Positions 1-6,806 are shown, counted from the stretch's first letter. The stretch is DNA of 30,153 nucleotides from a virus (IMGVR_UViG_3300037424_001687:1-30153), one strand, 5' to 3'. The notes: generated by a model not told the origin, from the letters alone. Numbers and translations are program-made.

Positions 1-1283
1 GCCATGTCGGCGTACTCGGGATTCAACTCGATCAAAACGGCATCGCGTCCAAGCCGATCCGCGACAAGCCCCGTTGTTCCGGCCCCGCCAAATGGATCAA
101 GCACCGTGCAGGGAATGGGCTCGCCGGCGTTACACGGGCAACCAGGTTGCCATCCCTTGGTTGCCACCTGCTTTTCGAGCCTGACGGCGTATCCTGCCGT
201 CCCGTGCACCTGGTGCTTTCGCTCGATCGACCGCGGCCCGTTGGTGGTCCGGTTGCCAGGGTTCTCGTAGGTCCGCTCCGTCACCCGCGCCCAGGCCTCG
301 CCGCACTTGGGACAGCAGCCGCGTTCGGAAGTACCGGCCTTGATGCACGTCTCGGCCAAGCGTGGCGGGAACGTGGCGAAGTGGGCCTCGGGGAAAGAAA
401 AGGTCGGAATCGTCCAGACGGAACGGATATTGCGGCCCTGCTCGATATATCGCTCCCGATCCGAACGCTTGCATCGGCGGGCCTGCGCCAACGCCGCGGC
501 GGCGCCATCCTGATCATCGACCTTGCCGAACGCCGAACCGCCATCCGACGTGCAGGGCTCCCGCGTAGCGTCGATGTCGTAGAAATACTTGGCGCTCTTG
601 GTGAGCAAGAACACCTGCTCGTGCGCCCGGGTGGGCCTGTCCACGACGCTCTCGGGCATGGGGTTTGGCTTGTGCCAGACGATCTCGCTTCGCAAGTACC
701 AACCGTCCGCCCGCAGGGCAAAGGCAAGCATCCAGGGGATGCCCACCAGGTCCTTTCCCTTGACGCCGTTGCCGCGGTAGGCGTTGCTGGCGCAGATGGC
801 CTCCTGGTTTCGGTTCCGATTGGCCGGAAAACTGTTTTGCGTCCGAGCCCCGGCCGAGTTCGAGGCGTAGCAGTCGCCGATGTTCAGCCACAGTGTGCCG
901 TCGTCGCGCAGCACCCGGTACAGTTCTCGGAAGATCGCCACGGCGTGCTCGACGTACAGATCGGGCGTCGGCTCCAGCCCCAAGCAGCCGCGCCAAGCAC
1001 CGCAGCGGCAGAAAGACCCATTGCGGGTTTTCTCCAGCCGGCTGCCGGACCGGGACTGATCGCCGTCGATCGTCGATTTGTCGCCCACGCCACCACGGAG
1101 AGACCGCGTGGTTTCCTCGCCGAATTGGTGGGCACAATCTGGATCGCCGCCCCAGATCGACGGCGGAATGCGGTAATCACGCAAACCCCAATAGGGCGGG
1201 CTTGTAACGCAGCAGTGGATGGACTCCGCCGGCAGAGTCCGGAGAACATCGAGGGCATCGCCGTGTAAGATGCGAACCGTCAT
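1..1283 (-). CDS. DNA methyltransferase (N4-cytosine/N6-adenine, beta class), 3' end beyond the window edge
   Basis: Not in the ORF track because it has no stop in the window. Manual translation from ATG 1283 (ATGA overlap with the upstream stop) gives MTVRILHGDALDVLRTLPAESIHCCVTSPPYWGLRDY (motif IV), then IVWHKPNPMPES, HFATFPP and VLDPFGGAGTTG (motif I) in the same frame. Two Cys-rich insertions are present. Confidence 0.95.
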   Translation of the reverse strand, partial: MTVRILHGDALDVLRTLPAESIHCCVTSPPYWGLRDYRIPPSIWGGDPDCAHQFGEETTRSLRGGVGDKSTIDGDQSRSGSRLEKTRNGSFCRCGAWRGCLGLEPTPDLYVEHAVAIFRELYRVLRDDGTLWLNIGDCYASNSAGARTQNSFPANRNRNQEAICASNAYRGNGVKGKDLVGIPWMLAFALRADGWYLRSEIVWHKPNPMPESVVDRPTRAHEQVFLLTKSAKYFYDIDATREPCTSDGGSAFGKVDDQDGAAAALAQARRCKRSDRERYIEQGRNIRSVWTIPTFSFPEAHFATFPPRLAETCIKAGTSERGCCPKCGEAWARVTERTYENPGNRTTNGPRSIERKHQVHGTAGYAVRLEKQVATKGWQPGCPCNAGEPIPCTVLDPFGGAGTTGLVADRLGRDAVLIELNPEYADM

Positions 1284-2359
1284 GCTCCGGCCTCCACTTT
1301 CTGCACCTCGGCCGGGGTAGTCTCATCCGCGAGTCCTACCCATGCCAAACCGTGGCGACGTATGCCTTCGTCCAGCAGCGTCCGCGCTTGCGGGACAAAT
1401 GGCAGACTCCGCAGAAACTTCCGCCTTGCGATCGTACCGACGAACACGGCGGCTCGAGTCTTCGTCACCTCGCTGTCCCGCAGCGACGTGGCATACAAGG
1501 CCGTAGCGATGATCAACAGAAGGTCCGCCTCCGTGTTGTCCATCACCGGCACGGCCGTCGAGAGCTGCATCCGGTGCCACTTCACGAACCGCAGCGGTTC
1601 GTGAAGATGGTGCCACTTGATCGGGGCGTAAACGCCGTGCAGTAGGTTGCCGGCCGGCAAAGGAGCGATCAGTCGCTCCCTGGCCGCCGTCAAAATCGGG
1701 GACTGGCCGAGCAAGGCGTCCATCAGCGAATCGCTCTGCGTCGGCTGCGCCGTAGAAAAGGCCGCCATCCGCGGTCGGCCTTCGTTCGCGTCCGAAAAAT
1801 CCGAATCCTTATCCGTCGGATTCGGAGCGGCCCCCGGTCCGGTATCGGAGGAAGAGACTTTAGAAAGACTATCTTCCTTAAATAGATGCTGCGGCAAAGC
1901 ACCCCCCTGCTTTCCCGAAGCAGGGCCTTGCTGCCCGGCAGCATGGGGTGCCCAGTGGTGGGGATGGTTTCGACCTCCGTGTTTCAGGGCCATAACCCCA
2001 TCCCAATTGATCTCGTAAGCGTTGTCGAGCTGCGCGCCGTCGTAACGCCGGCAGCGCGTGACGACGACCAAGCCAAGCCGCTCGGCCTGCTCGACCGTCG
2101 AGCGGGCCTTGGCGGTCGAGCAGCACAATCCCAAGGGTCGATCTGCCAGCTTGACGTAGCTCTTTGTCAGCGACCCAGAAGTGCCGCCGGCCGTGGTGTT
2201 GAAGACCCACCGCACAAACGTCGCCATCTCGCAATCGCATTGCCGGCCGATCCGATGCAGGGCGATAACCAGATCGTTCCACCGCTCGGCGTGCGACGCC
2301 TCGCCCTCGGCAAAGGGCAAGGCGATTTGTTTCAGTGGGCTCCTTCCACCAGCCATCAT
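1280..2359 (-). CDS. Putative phage replication initiator (N-terminal winged HTH)
   Basis: 359 aa. wHTH-like segment SYVKLAD..CSTAKARSTVEQAERLGLV..NAYEINW, then a low-complexity linker containing DNA iterons. SD AAGGAAGG upstream. Confidence 0.65.
   Translation of the reverse strand: MMAGGRSPLKQIALPFAEGEASHAERWNDLVIALHRIGRQCDCEMATFVRWVFNTTAGGTSGSLTKSYVKLADRPLGLCCSTAKARSTVEQAERLGLVVVTRCRRYDGAQLDNAYEINWDGVMALKHGGRNHPHHWAPHAAGQQGPASGKQGGALPQHLFKEDSLSKVSSSDTGPGAAPNPTDKDSDFSDANEGRPRMAAFSTAQPTQSDSLMDALLGQSPILTAARERLIAPLPAGNLLHGVYAPIKWHHLHEPLRFVKWHRMQLSTAVPVMDNTEADLLLIIATALYATSLRDSEVTKTRAAVFVGTIARRKFLRSLPFVPQARTLLDEGIRRHGLAWVGLADETTPAEVQKVEAGA
1856..1943. promoter_or_regulatory. Candidate replication origin: three TGCT-N7-AGCA iterons plus an AT-rich tract
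   Basis: TGCT-N7-AGCA at 1887-1901, 1908-1922 and 1929-1943, an exact 21-bp period, next to AT-rich 1856-1886 inside the initiator gene, as in lambda O/ori. Confidence 0.65.
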
Positions 2360-2372
2360 GGCCTTCCTTTTG

Positions 2373-2549
2373 CTATTCTCGCGTCCTCACTCTGCGAACA
2401 ACCACAGCCCCGCCGACCGCAGTTGCCTTATCGCTCTTGATCCAGACAAGCCTACGGCCCACCTCCTCGGCGATCCGCTGGCAGTCGATCGAGACCTCGA
2501 CCTCGACGTTCCGCACCTTGGTCCTGAAGTTGACTCGCTTCTGTGCCAT
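2373..2549 (-). CDS. Small hypothetical protein (58 aa)
   Basis: SD AAGGAG before ATG 2549. MAQKRVNFRTKVRNVEVEVSIDC. Fits the operon packing. Confidence 0.7.
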   Translation of the reverse strand: MAQKRVNFRTKVRNVEVEVSIDCQRIAEEVGRRLVWIKSDKATAVGGAVVVRRVRTRE

Positions 2550-2565
2550 CGGTTTGCTCCTTCGC

Positions 2566-2976
2566 TTAGGTCCCAACCAACTCTTCCGGCGAGGCTTTCT
2601 GGGCGCGGTCCTTCCAACACCGACACCAGTGCATCACGTCCTCGTCGGTCATCGCCAAGGCGTCTTGGTTGCACGTGGCGATCACCGACGCCGCGAACCA
2701 TTCGTACACTTCCAACGCCAGGTCCTCGCCGACGGCGTCGGCCAGAAGCGCCAGGGCGAGTTGCTCCATACGCGGCTTGCTCCCCTGCCGCCCCCAATCG
2801 AATCCGGGCGTGATGTAGAGCAAATCAAGCCGCGACGGCAGAAAATACGTCACAGCGTCGGCCGCGTCATCGGGCACGCAAGCCGACGGCGATTTCAGGC
2901 CGCGCGTCACCAACGCCCCGCAATGCACTTCGATGGCACAGCCGCCGCCGGCCCGGTATCCTCGGTACGTCTTCAT
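2566..2976 (-). CDS. DUF6166-like phage protein (136 aa)
   Basis: Start MKTYRGYR with SD GAGG. Motif GFDWGRQGS..EQLALALLADA resembles the F(E/D)WGYGGSGPAQLALALLAD signature, recalled from memory. Confidence 0.65.
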   Translation of the reverse strand: MKTYRGYRAGGGCAIEVHCGALVTRGLKSPSACVPDDAADAVTYFLPSRLDLLYITPGFDWGRQGSKPRMEQLALALLADAVGEDLALEVYEWFAASVIATCNQDALAMTDEDVMHWCRCWKDRAQKASPEELVGT

Positions 2977-2987
2977 GGGTTCCGTCC

Positions 2988-3326
2988 TCAGTAGGGGATG
3001 TCGTCGACTGGGTTGCCCGCCTCGGTGAGAATTCGCTCGATCCGATCCCTGATTTCCGGCTTGTTCTCGTCGATCGCCGGATAGGCCAGTCCGAGCAACT
3101 GGATCCCGATCCTCCGCAAGAGCACCGTGTCGTCGCCGCGGTTGACCTCGGCCAGGATGGTTCCGATCAGTCCGCGAAGTTGCCGGCAATCCTCCGGCAA
3201 CATGCCGCCCGTCAACCACAGCAGCCGGTAGACTTGGCCTCCAAGCACGTGGTACTGCCTCATGGCGATTAGCGACGGCTCGGGGAAGTGGATGCAAAAT
3301 TCGGCTGTGGACATTTCGTCGATCAT
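2988..3326 (-). CDS. Hypothetical helical protein (112 aa)
   Basis: SD GAGGT upstream. Packed between the recombinase and the DUF6166-like gene. Confidence 0.7.
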   Translation of the reverse strand: MIDEMSTAEFCIHFPEPSLIAMRQYHVLGGQVYRLLWLTGGMLPEDCRQLRGLIGTILAEVNRGDDTVLLRRIGIQLLGLAYPAIDENKPEIRDRIERILTEAGNPVDDIPY

Positions 3327-3341
3327 GGGTCTACCTCAATC

Positions 3342-4505
3342 TCAGAAGAGCATTTTCTGGGGCAATCGCCCGTCCGGCATCAAGAGCGACTGCCGACAGA
3401 TCGGGCGGCGCTTGCGATCCTTGTACCGCTCCGTCGTTTTTCGGTCGCTGTGCCCGAGAAGTTCCTGGGCATTCCCGCCGTTTTCCTCCAAAATCGTCGC
3501 GGCCGTCCGGCGAAATTGTCGCGTCTTGACGCCCTTCGGAAGAATCAGACCGGCGGGAATGACCAGAAGCCGCTCGAAGTGTTTTGTCAAAACCCGCCAA
3601 TGACGTCGACCGGTCGATTTCTCCGGCGGATCGAACGGCCAACAGCCGAATATTCGATCGTGGTCGTGCGCCGCTAAAAGCCGTTCGACCGCCGCCGCGG
3701 CGCGGGGCGGCAAGGCAATCCGCTGGTCCTTTTTCTGCTTCTGGTTCTCCCGCCGCAACAACAGTGCCTTCGCCTCGGGATCGTAGTCCGTCCGCATGGC
3801 CAGCATCATCGCGGTGATCCGGCAGCCGAGCGCCTGCAACACCAAAGTCCATGCCGTCCAGAAAATGGAAAGGGGGACGGGGGAAGGGGAAGGGGAAACG
3901 GGTGACGGGAAAATCGGCGGCAAAAAGCCGTCGAGCTTCCGGGCCTGGTCCTCGATCATCACGTTCTGCTGGGGTGTCCAGGCGTCGAAGTCGGGCTCCG
4001 GCTCGGGAAAGAACTCGATCGGCGGCGGCGGCTTGATGGCCCTCCATTTTTTGCCGTTGTCGGCCCATTGCCACCGGGCCGCATGGTTCCAGATTGCCCG
4101 AAGCTGACGCAAGTGAATGTTGGCCGTCGCAGGGCTCAGTCCCCGGGCGACTTTCATCGCCAGCCATGCACGGAATCGTTTCAACTCGCCGATGCCCATC
4201 TCCTTGACCAAAATCTCCCGTCCCATTGCGTCGCGCAATCGGTCGAGCATCCATTTGGCCAGTTCGGCCGTCGGCCCGGTCAACGCATGGTTTCGCTCCG
4301 GCAGGTAGCATTGAGCGACGAATTCCCGCAACCTCATGCCGCGCAGGCGCAACCGTTCCGGGTTTCTCGTCCCTCGTCCCCTGTCCCCTGTCCCTTGATT
4401 GATCAGCGACGCCAGCAGTAGCAGGTCGACGAGTTCCTGCCGGGTGTTTTTCGATGGCCCTGCGTGCTTCTGGAGAGCGTTCATCAGCAAAATGGAAGAA
4501 AGCAT
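3342..4505 (-). CDS. Tyrosine recombinase/integrase
   Basis: SAM-like LSPATANIHLRQLRAIWNHA, catalytic R in GCRITAMM, QFRR in place of HxxR, LLGHS, and Tyr in TTERY. The start could be 4505 or 4484. Confidence 0.9.
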   Translation of the reverse strand: MLSSILLMNALQKHAGPSKNTRQELVDLLLLASLINQGTGDRGRGTRNPERLRLRGMRLREFVAQCYLPERNHALTGPTAELAKWMLDRLRDAMGREILVKEMGIGELKRFRAWLAMKVARGLSPATANIHLRQLRAIWNHAARWQWADNGKKWRAIKPPPPIEFFPEPEPDFDAWTPQQNVMIEDQARKLDGFLPPIFPSPVSPSPSPVPLSIFWTAWTLVLQALGCRITAMMLAMRTDYDPEAKALLLRRENQKQKKDQRIALPPRAAAAVERLLAAHDHDRIFGCWPFDPPEKSTGRRHWRVLTKHFERLLVIPAGLILPKGVKTRQFRRTAATILEENGGNAQELLGHSDRKTTERYKDRKRRPICRQSLLMPDGRLPQKMLF

Positions 4506-4652
4506 GACTGTGACTCCGGATGGTACTGAAATGGAAGGCAGGGCCGCACAAAGGCCCCCTGCTCCTGAGCCTCAGCCCGCACAAGTCAAACGTAGCCCAT
4601 CCTTTTGCCATTTTCCGCACTCCACGCGGGTTATCCATATTCACACGCCGAG

Positions 4653-4681
4653 CGTGTACCAGATCACTAATCTGGTACACG
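4653..4681. promoter_or_regulatory. Perfect palindrome upstream of the recombinase
   Basis: CGTGTACCAGAT-CACTA-ATCTGGTACACG: 12-bp arms with a 5-bp spacer, equivalently 11-7-11. Confidence 0.7.
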
Positions 4682-4707
4682 GCCCAGTCCTGTGGCGGGG
4701 TTTTTTC

Positions 4708-4929
4708 TCACGCCAACTCCGCCGCTCCTCTCCGTCGAGCGGCCGCGATTGCGGCCGACGCCGTGCGCCTGCACCACTGGCCCCAGGCCAAGGCGCTGTC
4801 GAACTCCAGCAGCGTCGAGCCGGCTACGGCCTCCATCGCCCGAAACATCGCAAGCGAACTTTCGTCGGTCAGTTCGGGCAGCAAAGCATGCGCTGCCAAG
4901 TCGCCGAGCGTGAGTTGCGTCACAAGCAA
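4708..4929 (-). CDS. Small hypothetical protein (~71-73 aa)
   Basis: SD-like GAAAGGA before the TTG/GTG start. Protein-like composition. Confidence 0.55.
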   Translation of the reverse strand: MLVTQLTLGDLAAHALLPELTDESSLAMFRAMEAVAGSTLLEFDSALAWGQWCRRTASAAIAAARRRGAAELA

Positions 4930-4975
4930 ATCCTTTCCAAATCAACACACAAACGTCGGCGCATCGCCGACGCAA

Positions 4976-5233
4976 TTACCCCGACCTCGACCTCGACCAC
5001 GACCACGACCCCGACCCCGACCTCGACCTCGACCACGACCTCGACCTCGACCACGACCCCGACCCCGACCTCGACCACGACCTCGACCACGACCACGACC
5101 ACGACCTCGACCACGACCTCGACCACGACCCCGACCCCGACCCCGACCACGACCTCGACCACGACCTCGACCACGACCTCGACCTCGACCTCGACAGTTC
5201 ATGTCCGATTCTGAGAATTGTCTGGTTCATCAT
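4976..5233 (-). CDS. Ser-(Arg/Trp/Gly) dipeptide-repeat protein (85 aa)
   Basis: ATGA overlap with the upstream DUF6948-like gene. MMNQTILRIGHEL is followed by 36 S-X dipeptides and TAA immediately after the last unit. Confidence 0.65.
   Translation of the reverse strand: MMNQTILRIGHELSRSRSRSWSRSWSRSWSGSGSGSWSRSWSRSWSWSWSRSWSRSGSGSWSRSRSWSRSRSGSGSWSWSRSRSG
4979..5194 (-). repeat. 36 tandem hexamers TCG-DGG (D = A/T/G)
   Basis: Counted 15 TCGAGG, 13 TCGTGG and 8 TCGGGG. Only one position per unit varies. Confidence 0.97.
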
Positions 5234-5502
5234 TTTTGCTCCCGCGGCAAGGGATGCCGCCATACTGTGGCGTCGACGATGCAGCCGCGCGATACGATGA
5301 CCGGACTCACGAACGGCTCGACCTCGTTGAAAGAGCCTGTTTCGAGGACATTATGAAATCGCCCCGTGTCGGCGATCCAAGCCGCGTCCTCAAGCAGCAG
5401 GTCGGTTTCCGTGACTTCGGCCAGCCGGCCCGTGTAGTACATCGTGACCGTCCGGATCAAATACGCCTTCCCGACCTCGAAAGAATGGTTTTTGTTCGCC
5501 AT
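5230..5502 (-). CDS. DUF6948-like small beta-barrel phage protein (90 aa)
   Basis: SD AGGAG. GKAYLIRTVTMYYTGRL..LLLEDAAWIADTG pattern recalled from phage genes that precede low-complexity repeat ORFs. Confidence 0.7.
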   Translation of the reverse strand: MANKNHSFEVGKAYLIRTVTMYYTGRLAEVTETDLLLEDAAWIADTGRFHNVLETGSFNEVEPFVSPVIVSRGCIVDATVWRHPLPREQK

Positions 5503-5527
5503 GACGCTACTCCTAATGGGTTGGTTG

Positions 5528-5702
5528 GCGGAGGATCGAGGGGACGCAGGTGGGCCACGGCCTGGTAATCGCCGACGGCGGCTGTACGGCGCCGGCGGTC
5601 AGAGGCTTCGAACGATGTCCGATACCCCCTACTGCGTCCTCTCGATCCTCCGCGGTGAAAGGCTCATTTCCCGCGCGGCCGATTCAGCGGGCCGAAAGGC
5701 CC
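5528..5702 (-). ncRNA. Candidate structured leader/ncRNA of the early operon
   Basis: 22-bp inverted repeat 5528-5549/5632-5653 (one mismatch) enclosing 82 nt with inner stems, plus further hairpins at ~5651-5678 and 5689-5702. The strand is uncertain. Confidence 0.5.
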
Positions 5703-5746
5703 AAAAAGAAACAGCCGCTGCCACCGATCTTGGATGGCAACGGCTG
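5703..5746 (-). terminator. Intrinsic terminator downstream of the HTH regulator
   Basis: Minus strand CAGCCGTTGCCA-N11-TGGCAGCGGCTG (one G-U pair) followed by TTTCTTTTT. Confidence 0.75.
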
Positions 5747-5774
5747 ATTATACGTTTTGGCGTATAGCTGTCAA
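5747..5774 (-). promoter_or_regulatory. Consensus sigma70-type early promoter with overlapping operator
   Basis: TTGACA-N16-TATAAT. The palindrome TATACG-N6-CGTATA (5749-5766) covers the spacer and -10. Confidence 0.85.
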
Positions 5775-5796
5775 GACGAATAAGCGAGATTTTTTT

Positions 5797-6048
5797 CTAT
5801 CGCTTTTTTTTTGAATTTGGATTTGACGCAAGCAATGCAGCTACAGCAACTTCCAGCGCTTCAGCAACTTTTTCAACAGTGCCTAATCGCGGATCAAGTT
5901 TTCCTCGCATTATCTCGTTGATCCTTGCGGGGGGCCATCCACATTGTCGGGCCAATTCGCTCTGGCTCCATTGGCGATTGCGGAGTTCTCTGCGAAGATT
6001 TTCCGCCAATACTTCGGTCAGAATTGGGCTTGCCATGGTTGATTTCAT
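5797..6048 (-). CDS. XRE-family HTH transcriptional regulator (repressor/Cro-like)
   Basis: LAENLRRELRNRQWSQSELARQCG..RINEIMRGKLDPRLGTVEKVAEAL. The start is 6048 (possibly leaderless) or 6036. Confidence 0.92.
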   Translation of the reverse strand: MKSTMASPILTEVLAENLRRELRNRQWSQSELARQCGWPPARINEIMRGKLDPRLGTVEKVAEALEVAVAALLASNPNSKKKR

Positions 6049-6054
6049 CCTCCA

Positions 6055-6101
6055 ATTATACGCCTATCCGTATTGACTTACAAGTTTCCGCAGGTTATAT
6101 T
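6055..6101. promoter_or_regulatory. Overlapping divergent promoters with a second operator copy
   Basis: Minus: TTGTAA-N17-TATAAT (6083-6055). Plus: TTGACT-N17-TATATT (6073-6101). Operator TATACG-N6-CGTATT at 6057-6074. Confidence 0.75.
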
Positions 6102-6126
6102 GGTTTGGCAGAAGGAGTTTGGTCCT

Positions 6127-6360
6127 ATGAACAATCCAGAACCAGGTTTTTATTGGGCTGAGGTGGATTCGTCCGACGGTTTCAACGCCATCGTCGAGGT
6201 GTACGGAGAACCGCCGTTTCTCCGCATCGACGCGCATTTTCTCTCGGAGCCTCGCCTGTTGACCTATTACAAAAACGATCGGCAAGCGGCTTGCGAATCC
6301 GGCGTATCTCCCAGTCGTGTGACTTTCGGGCCGAGACTCGAACCTCCTACCTCCCCGTGA
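6127..6360 (+). CDS. Hypothetical protein (77 aa)
   Basis: SD AAGGAG before ATG 6127, downstream of the plus-strand promoter. MNNPEPGFYWAEV. Confidence 0.75.
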   Translation: MNNPEPGFYWAEVDSSDGFNAIVEVYGEPPFLRIDAHFLSEPRLLTYYKNDRQAACESGVSPSRVTFGPRLEPPTSP

Positions 6361-6550
6361 GGTTGTCCATGTTTCTGACGATCTCGGCGGCGACATTTCC
6401 GATCTCGGCGGCCAGACGGCTGGCGGCAAAGACAATCGCGGCGGCCGGGTCGCCTTTCTTTAGCCGGCGGCCGAACTCCTCGTCGCTCATTTCGGCGCAC
6501 CTTAGGTATTCCCGCAAAAGAGCTGCTTCAGTCTCATACACGCTTTCCAC
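6347..6550 (-). CDS. Hypothetical protein (67 aa)
   Basis: GTG start with SD GGAG. Helical, protein-like sequence. Confidence 0.55.
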   Translation of the reverse strand: MESVYETEAALLREYLRCAEMSDEEFGRRLKKGDPAAAIVFAASRLAAEIGNVAAEIVRNMDNLTGR

Positions 6551-6573
6551 CTTTTTCTCCTTTTTTTGATCCG

Positions 6574-6777
6574 ATGACGAAGAAAAAACGCAAACAGGTT
6601 CCCTTGGAAACGTTTGTCGTCAATAAGGCGGAAGACCTTGTCAAGAAGGCGGTTCGTCCGATGGAGCGACGACTGGTTCGACTCGAAAAGAAACTCATCG
6701 CTCTCACCGTTTCGCTCGGTCGGAAAGGTCGTCCAATCGTATCGAGAGCGCCTCGACAGACTCGCACAGTTCACTAA
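6574..6777 (+). CDS. Basic coiled-coil-like hypothetical protein (67 aa)
   Basis: Protein-like (AEDLVKKAVRPMERRLVRLEKKL) but no SD. Ends just before the att site. Confidence 0.45.
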   Translation: MTKKKRKQVPLETFVVNKAEDLVKKAVRPMERRLVRLEKKLIALTVSLGRKGRPIVSRAPRQTRTVH

Positions 6778-6806
6778 CCATTCGCGCCTCATCAAAAATC
6801 CCCGAA

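Noticed and set aside
147-1268. 373-aa plus-strand ORF and the minus ORFs 130-474 and 514-1137
   Set aside because: These are antisense or off-frame shadows of the methyltransferase, whose motifs all lie in one other frame, so it is not a frameshifted pseudogene.
3331-4680. 449-aa minus ORF overlapping the recombinase
   Set aside because: Alternative frame with R/A/G-rich composition and no motifs, typical of high-GC DNA.
4979-5194. Diversity-generating retroelement VR/TR (A-to-N-like variation)
   Set aside because: No reverse transcriptase, Avd or template copy in the window, and C never appears at the variable site. It cannot be excluded for the rest of the genome.
5528-5653. Retron msr-msd (long flanking inverted repeat)
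   Set aside because: No reverse transcriptase is adjacent or anywhere in the window.
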